The notes under the pieces were generated by a model that was given only the letters and a program-made list of their open reading frames with translations, searched no databases and was not told the origin of the DNA. The translations under genes were made by a program, and so were the position numbers. A DNA stretch of 64,000 nt from IMG/VR virus record IMGVR_UViG_3300042923_000281, positions 62,001-126,000 of that record; one strand, given 5' to 3'. Shown piece by piece: positions 47,038-54,049 of this stretch (within the stretch, counting starts at the first letter, position 1; each line of letters begins with the position of its first letter).

Positions 47038-47522
47038 GTCTCGTCCTCATTCTTGATGGAGATGCAGTACGCCTTCCATGCGTTGTTCAAAGACTGCAAC
47101 GCAATCTCTTCATTCACGGGCCGCAGTTCAGACACCTTGGGGTCAAAGACCTCAGACTTGGTGATGTCAGTAGTCGGGCAATTGGAGACACGGTCTCGGT
47201 ACTTGACCACCTCAACGATCTGAGGCGTTGCAGGAGATGGAGGGGCAACCGGAGTATTGTTCCGTGCAGCGCACATCAAATCGATCTGGGCTTCCTCCAA
47301 TTCATCGAACCACATCTTGTTCTGCTTCTTGGTCGAGGTGTAGGTCTCGATCTCAGTGCGCAGTCCGGCAATGGTCTCATCACGTTCGCCAATAGTGGTG
47401 CTCTGGTTGGCTACTTGGGTGTTCATGTCCAATGACCAATTGACCCAGTAGGCCAAAGCACCAAGGACAATTGCGATTGCCAGCAGCCATTTAAGGTTGA
47501 CCAGCGAGAGTAGCTTGCTCAT
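47019..47522 (-). CDS. i-spanin-like inner-membrane protein
   Basis: N-terminal TM, periplasmic coiled coil, Pro-rich linker, Cys residues; paired with a lipoprotein gene. Confidence 0.65.
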   Translation of the reverse strand: MSKLLSLVNLKWLLAIAIVLGALAYWVNWSLDMNTQVANQSTTIGERDETIAGLRTEIETYTSTKKQNKMWFDELEEAQIDLMCAARNNTPVAPPSPATPQIVEVVKYRDRVSNCPTTDITKSEVFDPKVSELRPVNEEIALQSLNNAWKAYCISIKNEDETCAPFK

Positions 47523-47569
47523 GAGAACTCCTCATAAAGGGGAGAGCCGAAGCCCTCCCCTAGATTCAC

Positions 47570-47959
47570 TTACTCGGCGCAGGTGTCGAGGAAGTTGATA
47601 ACCAGAGCGGCTACCAGTGCAGCGGGGGTGACGCCCATGCGGGCCGCTTCTTTGATCAGGACTTCTTTCTGCGCTTTGGTGATCTTGCCACCGAGCGATT
47701 CAGAACGAGTCAGGCCGCCTTTGGCGAAGCCTTCGAAGATCTTGGCCAGACGTGCTGGGATCTTGTAGGGCTTTTTCGCTGGGGCTTTCTTGGCAGCAGG
47801 CTTGGCCTGTGCAGCAGGAGGAACGCTGATCGAGGCGACCTTGGTCTTTTTGATACCGTCAGCAGGGGCTACCTTGGCTTTCGGTTTGGCAGCCAGTTTA
47901 GCTGCGGGCTTACCGGCTGGTTTCTTTGCGACTGGTTTGGTTTCGTCATGGACGGCCAT
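47570..47959 (-). CDS. Histone H1/AlgP-like K/A/P-rich protein with C-terminal ribbon-helix-helix-like domain
   Basis: KPAG/KPAA/KKAPAKKP repeats, then SLGGKIT-KAQKEVLIKEAARM-G-TPAALVAALVINFL. Confidence 0.6.
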   Translation of the reverse strand: MAVHDETKPVAKKPAGKPAAKLAAKPKAKVAPADGIKKTKVASISVPPAAQAKPAAKKAPAKKPYKIPARLAKIFEGFAKGGLTRSESLGGKITKAQKEVLIKEAARMGVTPAALVAALVINFLDTCAE

Positions 47960-47995
47960 GGTGTGTTCCTTAGGATAGTTGGCAGAGGACTTTAA

Positions 47996-48559
47996 TTAGT
48001 CCTTCATACTATCCTCTTCATGGTCTTCCTTGAGCGAGAACATACTGACCGTACGCCGACCATCGGCATGGATCACAGGCTCTTGAGTCGAGTCGCCCAA
48101 ACGGGCAATCACATCGAACATGATGTTGCTCATTTCCATCTGGACCGCAGGACGATCAGATAGCTTATTGAACATGTGATCGCCAAACTGGAAGTACAGG
48201 TGCCGGGCTTTGATGCCTTGCTCATGGATGAAGACAAACTTCTCCCGTTGAGGAGTCGGCATGTACGTGCCCAAGATCATGATCCGTTCACCCCACTCGC
48301 ACAAGTCGCGTGCAATGTCAGTGTAGAAACAGATCTCAAGACCCTTTTCAATGTACATCCCTTTGACCATGTCGTACATGGAGTCACGCAACATGGCTCT
48401 AGCGTACTCCACACCCAGTCCTGTGTTCAGACTGTAGAAGATGTAGTACGTGTGCTTGTCCAACAGCGTCAATCGAATGCTGTTGGCCAGCACCTTACGA
48501 AGCTTCTTCTTTCTCCGCGGCAATAAGCAGAGGTCCAAGAGCATCCGCAGGCGTTTCAT
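47996..48559 (-). CDS. Hypothetical protein
   Basis: ~187 aa; start uncertain because of overlap with the upstream ORF. Confidence 0.65.
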   Translation of the reverse strand: MKRLRMLLDLCLLPRRKKKLRKVLANSIRLTLLDKHTYYIFYSLNTGLGVEYARAMLRDSMYDMVKGMYIEKGLEICFYTDIARDLCEWGERIMILGTYMPTPQREKFVFIHEQGIKARHLYFQFGDHMFNKLSDRPAVQMEMSNIMFDVIARLGDSTQEPVIHADGRRTVSMFSLKEDHEEDSMKD

Positions 48560-48995
48560 AATGGTACTTCCCATCCTTAAAGCTCTCCAAGCGATGTTTG
48601 AGATCCATGTCCATCACTTCTGACATTGCCTTCGTCAGACGGTAAATAGAGACCATGGCATTGTTCTTGTGTACCACTGCACGGCAATTGACCAACTTGC
48701 CAGTTCGCCATTCAGGCTTGAAGAATTCCATGGAGGCGATGTACGCAGCCTCAGTGAAGGCGTACCCAGTCGACCCCTCACAGACGATGTGCCAGAAGTC
48801 ATACTTGTCATCGTCCTTAAAGGTCACATCCCATGTAGAAGCATGCAGACTCAGTGACCCGCTGTAGACCCCGAACGCATCACGTGCATCAAGGTCAAAG
48901 AAATCTCCACGAACGGCCTCGCTATCGTATAGGTAGTCATCCAACTCCCGGGAGTCAGGATGCAGGCCTTCACGGAATACCAACAACTTTTTCAT
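48495..48995 (-). CDS. Hypothetical protein
   Basis: 166 aa in co-directional run. Confidence 0.7.
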   Translation of the reverse strand: MKKLLVFREGLHPDSRELDDYLYDSEAVRGDFFDLDARDAFGVYSGSLSLHASTWDVTFKDDDKYDFWHIVCEGSTGYAFTEAAYIASMEFFKPEWRTGKLVNCRAVVHKNNAMVSIYRLTKAMSEVMDMDLKHRLESFKDGKYHYETPADALGPLLIAAEKEEAS

Positions 48996-49058
48996 GGTGT
49001 AAGGCCTTAGCTAGTTCTACACCATCTCAGCACTTTTTCTTTATTAACGGTGAACGTC

Positions 49059-49526
49059 ATGTCCCATCTGTACCACGGTTCTGGCTACAAACAACCGGAG
49101 CTTAAACCCGGCATCATGCACTCGGGTGAATTGCAGCGCTGGGACAAGACCGAATCCAACGAGTTCCTCTACGCCACCACGTTGATGGAAGAAGCCATTG
49201 CCCAAGGCTTAGCGTCGGTCATTGAGAAGCACTGGAACCTATCTCGTTACCAGTCCTCAGGCGACACCATTACGATCATCGTTGATGGGCCTCTCCCGTC
49301 GCTCAAGGAGCTTCAAGCCCTGACGGTGTATCTGTACAAGATCCACTGGGAGAAGTCCGTGTGGGTCCTCGTAGACAACCTGCACAATGGAATGTCCAAC
49401 GAGTACAAGACCAAGCAGGTCATCGGCGGGAAGATGATCGAAAGCTGTGAGCCTGTGGACCTGAGCAATTGGCTCAAGCACAAGAAGGTCGAGATCAAAG
49501 GCAAGACCGCAGCGATGCGTTGGTGA
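49059..49526 (+). CDS. Putative ADP-ribosyltransferase-fold (Arr-like) protein
   Basis: LYHGS...LKPG, LYATTLMEEA, YLYKI and EYKT resemble Arr YHGT/L.PG, IYFS.LME.A, YIY.V and SYRT. Confidence 0.45.
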   Translation: MSHLYHGSGYKQPELKPGIMHSGELQRWDKTESNEFLYATTLMEEAIAQGLASVIEKHWNLSRYQSSGDTITIIVDGPLPSLKELQALTVYLYKIHWEKSVWVLVDNLHNGMSNEYKTKQVIGGKMIESCEPVDLSNWLKHKKVEIKGKTAAMRW

Positions 49527-49580
49527 CAAAGAAAAAAAAAGAGGCTAGAGACAGGGGACCTTCGGGTCCCCTGTCTATTC
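49525..49580. terminator. Bidirectional terminator
   Basis: AGACAGGGGACC-TTCG-GGTCCCCTGTCT; long T tract ending CTTTG on minus. Confidence 0.8.
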
Positions 49581-49582
49581 CG

Positions 49583-49951
49583 TTACGACATCAGCCAGAT
49601 CGGCTTGATGTCACTGAGTGGATAGGTCTCACCGTCAACAACGATCTTGACGGGGTCCGTTGAATCGCCCGAGTAAGTGACACCTTGGATAGACCCCATC
49701 CCAGCGGGAGTCTTAACCAACATGCCAACCGACGGGTTCCACATGACGCCCTCGCCATCGAACTCCACGGTGCCGCTTTCAGGGTCTGGCGTGGCCATAC
49801 TCTTCTTGAGGCGCGCGATGATCTCGCTGTTCATGGAACGATGGTTCTCTTTCGCCACCTCCTGAATCTGTTCACGCATGCCATCAGGCAGACGTACAAC
49901 GAACTTATCAGCAGTACGGGAAGAGTAGATTGCTTGTTTCAAAGGACGCAT
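49583..49951 (-). CDS. amrZ: AmrZ/Arc-family ribbon-helix-helix regulator with non-AmrZ C-terminal domain
   Basis: [27 protein letters not shown]...[12 protein letters not shown] matches recalled Pseudomonas AmrZ N-terminus almost exactly. Confidence 0.85.
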   Translation of the reverse strand: MRPLKQAIYSSRTADKFVVRLPDGMREQIQEVAKENHRSMNSEIIARLKKSMATPDPESGTVEFDGEGVMWNPSVGMLVKTPAGMGSIQGVTYSGDSTDPVKIVVDGETYPLSDIKPIWLMS

Positions 49952-50021
49952 GGTAAAGCCTCTTGCAAGTGGGACCCTAGAGTCCCGGGTTATGGTGGTG
50001 AAGTGCCATTATGGCGATGTA

Positions 50022-50792
50022 TCAACGGCCGGTCAAGAAGTTCTTCGCTTGTTCCTGAGTAAGGTTCACCAAACCCTTACCGTGGAAACGGCTAGCCGAA
50101 GTACTGATCCCGGTGAACTCGTCCCCGCCCAAGTGCAGCACGGCAGAGACATTCGACTTGGTCACGTGAAGCACACCAGCAACGCCATCAACGGAGCATT
50201 TGTGGTAGCCACGTGCCAACTCGGTATTGCGGGTCTCGAAGTCAACCGAAGACAACTCGATGACGTCAGGACGACGCAATTTGGCCACGAACGAACTCCA
50301 GAAGACTGGAGATTGATCGGGTTGTACTGGGTTCAACACCGCCCGAGGACGGGAGATGCTGACCACCTTGTCACCATTTCTATCCTTGACTTGTTCAAGG
50401 ATAGCTTCCGAGCTGGAAGCCATCATTTCTTCGCCAAACTGACGGATGCTCGGAATGGTCCCAGGCGCCTGTTCAAAGTCAAGACTGACGTTGCTCGTAG
50501 CAGTGCTGGGCGAACGGTAGGTCATGAAGTCGAATGGGCCGTCAGTGTCCTTTTTATCAGCCATGTCGGCTCCTTCAGCTTTTTCAATGACGGTTTCGGT
50601 GATGGCCACTTCCACTTTCTGGGTAGTGGTTTGTTGTACCCGAGCACGCAGGATGGCTTTACGCTCTTCCATTTGCTCAGGGGTGAGTTTGTCATCGCCT
50701 TTACGAGCCTTGACAGTCTTCCAGCCGAGACCGCCAACGATAGCAGCAGCAACAGCACCCACACCAACGATTACGGCAACTTGCTTTTCCAT
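50022..50792 (-). CDS. Hypothetical protein with N-terminal membrane anchor
   Basis: 256 aa; N-terminus resembles 324..881; AGGAGTTTCACC-ATG leader identical to 28..147. Confidence 0.8.
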   Translation of the reverse strand: MEKQVAVIVGVGAVAAAIVGGLGWKTVKARKGDDKLTPEQMEERKAILRARVQQTTTQKVEVAITETVIEKAEGADMADKKDTDGPFDFMTYRSPSTATSNVSLDFEQAPGTIPSIRQFGEEMMASSSEAILEQVKDRNGDKVVSISRPRAVLNPVQPDQSPVFWSSFVAKLRRPDVIELSSVDFETRNTELARGYHKCSVDGVAGVLHVTKSNVSAVLHLGGDEFTGISTSASRFHGKGLVNLTQEQAKNFLTGR

Positions 50793-50822
50793 GGTGAAAC
50801 TCCTTTCAGTTCCGAGGTAAGT

Positions 50823-51140
50823 TTATTGTACTTGACGCAGGCTAGTGGCTTCGATCATCTTGGCAGTCGCCTCGTCCATGATCTTCTCAATTGCCATGCG
50901 GTCTTTCATGCCAACGCTCTGAAGGATCAGATCGTCAGCTTCTTGCTCCAGCTCCAAGGCACGGGAGAGGTTGCTGGCACGCAGGGCAGCTTTCTCGATA
51001 CGCTTGGCGTTCTTCAAGGCTTCGTATTTACGCTTGCCTTGCCAGCTCCGATAGACTCGCTTGATGGCAGTCCAGATGGACACCTTCTCTTGAGTGGTCG
51101 AAACACGGGATTCTTCCAGTTGACGGATGAGTGCGAACAT
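50823..51140 (-). CDS. Hypothetical helical protein, probably early
   Basis: Start MFALIR, GGAG RBS, after promoter copy 5. Confidence 0.7.
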   Translation of the reverse strand: MFALIRQLEESRVSTTQEKVSIWTAIKRVYRSWQGKRKYEALKNAKRIEKAALRASNLSRALELEQEADDLILQSVGMKDRMAIEKIMDEATAKMIEATSLRQVQ

Positions 51141-51183
51141 GTTGATCTCCATTGATCAGGGTTAGGGTTATGTCAGCGTAATC

Positions 51184-51210
51184 ATGTATTGTTGAAAAGA
51201 ATTCGAATCG
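51184..51210 (-). promoter_or_regulatory. Bipartite phage promoter motif, copy 5
   Basis: Identical to copy 4 over 36 bp. Confidence 0.75.
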
Positions 51211-51213
51211 AAT

Positions 51214-51250
51214 CGGTATAAGGAGCCAGGGCAATTGCCCTGGCTCCATG
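51214..51250 (-). terminator. Terminator abutting promoter copy 5
   Basis: GGAGCCAGGGCA/TGCCCTGGCTCC stem; TTATACCG tail. Confidence 0.75.
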
Positions 51251-51553
51251 TCAGCATTTGGTGCAGGCCATCTTGTAGAATTCGTTGTTGATCTCGATGA
51301 GTTGATCAACCGATGTAGCGGTGTGCAATGCATCAATGAAACACCCTGCCGCCCCTTGGATGGTCTTCATCAGGTGCTTGGCTGCTTCGAACTCATCACC
51401 TGACAACTTGTCGAAGGAGGTCCGCTTGAGCAACTGCAACATGATGTTCATGTGACTGGCAGTAATGCGGGCAGCCATCCAGCGTTCAGGGATGTCTTTG
51501 TGACCCGGTGAAGTGCTATTGGCAAAGGAAGTAGAAACGTGGACGAGTGACAT
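51251..51553 (-). CDS. Hypothetical protein
   Basis: Start MSLVHV with GAGG RBS. Confidence 0.65.
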   Translation of the reverse strand: MSLVHVSTSFANSTSPGHKDIPERWMAARITASHMNIMLQLLKRTSFDKLSGDEFEAAKHLMKTIQGAAGCFIDALHTATSVDQLIEINNEFYKMACTKC

Positions 51554-51595
51554 GAGACACCTCAAATTCAAGACTATAGGATTGGTATCTCGGCA

Positions 51596-52476
51596 AAACA
51601 AAAAAAGAAAGAAGTCTTGGGACACTGTTCGTCATCATTCGCCTCAGGGAGATCAGCCCCTTACTACGTTTCCGAGTCGACAGTGTCCCGTAACCTTGTG
51701 TAGCGCTTGTCTTCCTCATCCCCCGAGCCCTTTCACCAAGTGCGTCATCGCGTAGTGCGAGGCCTTGCGTTAATCAGTCGTAGGTTTGGATCGGACTGGA
51801 GGCCATTGCCATCCAATTCAACCGAACTCAATCGGAATCAATAGTCATCAAATGTGTTCACTGACACGGACTATTGATTAGCTCTCGTGCACCTTAGGCA
51901 CGCGCTGGATAGTCCGCTCAGACACCGCCGTGCGATAGCCCTCTGCTGGTTTCACGACGCACACTTGCGAAGCTCGTGCCATGAAGAGTACACCTTCTAA
52001 GCGAGCCATTGCTGGCATCGCCCTTGGGAGAAGACCTTTCCCCAAGTCCTGATGGTGCATCTTATCCGACGACGCAATTGCGCTCTTCTCTTGCTTAGCG
52101 ACTGCACGATTGTGCTCTTCCGCTTGGGCAGACAAGGTGACAGCTAGGGCCAACGCCACGAGAGTGGAGAAGCCGCGGGTTCTGATCAGTAGCTCCTTAG
52201 AGGCTTAATTGAACGCTCATGAGTTATCAATGGTCTCCAGTGCTACGGTGCACCTACCGTTCCACGCGCCTTATGCGTGAGGTAGGGCACCGAAGTCACT
52301 GAAACGGATGTAACGGTCCCGGTAATGCGCGGCGGGTCATCGGTCTCATTCGGCGGCGTCACGAGTGACACGGCCTTTAGAAGACGTTGTACTGATGTCC
52401 AGATGCGGCGCACGGAACCAAAGAACGATCCGAACAATGGCACGATCCTTAATCGATGTCACAGTGCTACTACATA
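51596..52476 (-). ncRNA. Candidate ~870-nt structured transcript (ncRNA, or structured mRNA for an ATC-start exported peptide)
   Basis: Promoter motif at 52470-52503, many long helices, terminal 10-bp stem plus T tract. Confidence 0.45.
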
Positions 52477-52503
52477 CAACTCGACCGAAACGTATTTATT
52501 TAC
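52470..52503 (-). promoter_or_regulatory. Middle/late-type promoter candidate (GTAAATAAATAC-N15-TATGTAG)
   Basis: Similar to 3584-3615 and 32945-32975. Confidence 0.5.
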
Positions 52504-52525
52504 CTGTGACCCGTATGTCCTTGAT

Positions 52526-53119
52526 TTAACGGGGTAATCTTGGCCGTATGTTGTTACGACGACGGTGGCCAGAGGGCACGTTATCTTCCGCTGGTTGTTC
52601 TGGCTCTGGGTAGTCTTTATTGAGGCGCGCTACAATGTCCTCAACCGACATCCAGACGATGGGGTAATTGGCCCCAACTGCCATCCCGTTAGTATCCTGC
52701 TGGAATTTCTCTTCGTCCTTCCAAGCAGCCAGCGCACCCAACAACGAATCGCGTGTACTGATCTCAGAACACATGACGTAGGTCGATTGGCCCGATGGCA
52801 GACCGTGGAAGTCTAACGTCCAGCGCTTTTCATCAGGGCTGGTGTTGTTCTTGAAGATGTCAACCTGCGCGATAGCCCCTTGTTTGGAGATCATGTAAGC
52901 CGACATGTTCATCGAGACACGAGGGTGACTGGCCATCTTCAAGCGACCACTCACCACGTCAGCGATGTTCGGCCCAGTGCCGCTCAGTGGGTAGATGAAA
53001 CCTTCATTGCTGAAGTACGTGCCGATGTCGGCTTCTAGGGCTTTGAAGTGTACGCCTTCGTTGGCCTCATGGACCTCAGGGAACCCGACCATGCCACGGC
53101 GGTAGATTAGGAAGTTCAC
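52526..53119 (-). CDS. Hypothetical protein
   Basis: 197 aa, GTG start overlapping upstream stop. Confidence 0.7.
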   Translation of the reverse strand: MNFLIYRRGMVGFPEVHEANEGVHFKALEADIGTYFSNEGFIYPLSGTGPNIADVVSGRLKMASHPRVSMNMSAYMISKQGAIAQVDIFKNNTSPDEKRWTLDFHGLPSGQSTYVMCSEISTRDSLLGALAAWKDEEKFQQDTNGMAVGANYPIVWMSVEDIVARLNKDYPEPEQPAEDNVPSGHRRRNNIRPRLPR

Positions 53120-53637
53120 AGAGTAGTCCCCTTGATAACAAATGGCTTCAATCGGCTAGCGTAAATCACATCGACCTTCGAGCCGGTCAACAGATCCAAA
53201 CGCTCAACGACTGGCATCGCCGCTTTAATAGTCATGCCGCACTTCAACATAGCAGCGAGTAGGTTACCACCCGTCCCACAGCCGTGTGTATGGCCCGCTA
53301 AGCGACGAAAGCGAGAACCGTAGGACATGATACCGAATTGCTGGTCACGGGTCATGAGGGTGCCGTGAGTGAAGCAATCGATCTTGTCTTCCAAGATGTC
53401 TTCCAGAGGGACGACGTCTCGTTTGTCAATGACTAGGCGTTCAAGAACAACGCGGAGTTTGTGTTCCAGTTCATCACGAATGGATTCATCGATGGCGGAG
53501 CCAGTGGCACCGTAAGCAAATTGCTTATCGCGGCTGATGAAGACTTTGGGACCGTCTTCGAATGCTGTAGGGATTACCAAGGCCACCTGTTTACGGTCGC
53601 CGATCAGTTTCCCATCATGGTACACAATAGCAGTCAT
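53116..53637 (-). CDS. Proteasome-beta/HslV-like Ntn peptidase
   Basis: M-T-A-I N-terminal Thr nucleophile, GD, K, GATG, GTG and D..TG..V motifs. Confidence 0.65.
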   Translation of the reverse strand: MTAIVYHDGKLIGDRKQVALVIPTAFEDGPKVFISRDKQFAYGATGSAIDESIRDELEHKLRVVLERLVIDKRDVVPLEDILEDKIDCFTHGTLMTRDQQFGIMSYGSRFRRLAGHTHGCGTGGNLLAAMLKCGMTIKAAMPVVERLDLLTGSKVDVIYASRLKPFVIKGTTL

Positions 53638-53650
53638 ACGAACTCCAAAA

Positions 53651-53683
53651 ATAAAGAGAGGACCCGAAGGTCCTCTCTATGCT
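53651..53683 (-). terminator. Hairpin terminator
   Basis: AGAGAGGACC-CGAA-GGTCCTCTCT; TTATTTTT tail on minus. Confidence 0.7.
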
Positions 53684-53686
53684 GGC

Positions 53687-54010
53687 TTAGTAGCCGCCGC
53701 GCGATTCACGCAGTTCAGACAGCGAACCGCAAGACTTGCGAGGGCTGGACTTTGGCAGTTCGCCCTGTGGGGCTACGCCGGTTTCGGAGACCAGGGTCAC
53801 GACGCCAGTTTCGACGTCGATGGCGATGGTGGAGCCTGCCTTGATGGTCTTGTCGTAGTCTTCGACTTCCACGGACATCTGGATAGTCTTGTCCACTTGG
53901 AACACCAGCTCTTTCTTGTCAGCCTTGGCTACGTAGGCTTCGAAGGGTTTCTTGTCCTTGGCCAGGAATGCCAGGATCGCTTGGTGCTTCTCGATTTCTT
54001 TGATTTTCAT
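53687..54010 (-). CDS. Hypothetical protein
   Basis: 107 aa, GAGGAG RBS. Confidence 0.75.
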   Translation of the reverse strand: MKIKEIEKHQAILAFLAKDKKPFEAYVAKADKKELVFQVDKTIQMSVEVEDYDKTIKAGSTIAIDVETGVVTLVSETGVAPQGELPKSSPRKSCGSLSELRESRGGY

Positions 54011-54049
54011 GCAGACTCCTCAGTCTTGGGTTGGTGTAGCAGGGATGGA

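Noticed and set aside
51860-52160. Group I intron-like layout on the minus strand (AAACCAGCAG Q-like, GGACUA/UAGUCC P7-like around a hairpin, GCGUUGG/CCAGCGC P3-like)
   Set aside because: P7 lacks the bulged A of the G-binding site, P4 has only 4 bp, and no interrupted gene or tRNA halves are evident. An Infernal group I search would settle it.
39894-52384. Recurring GTGACACGG / GGCGTCACGA words in the structured regions
   Set aside because: Short, in inconsistent orientations, and compatible with chance.
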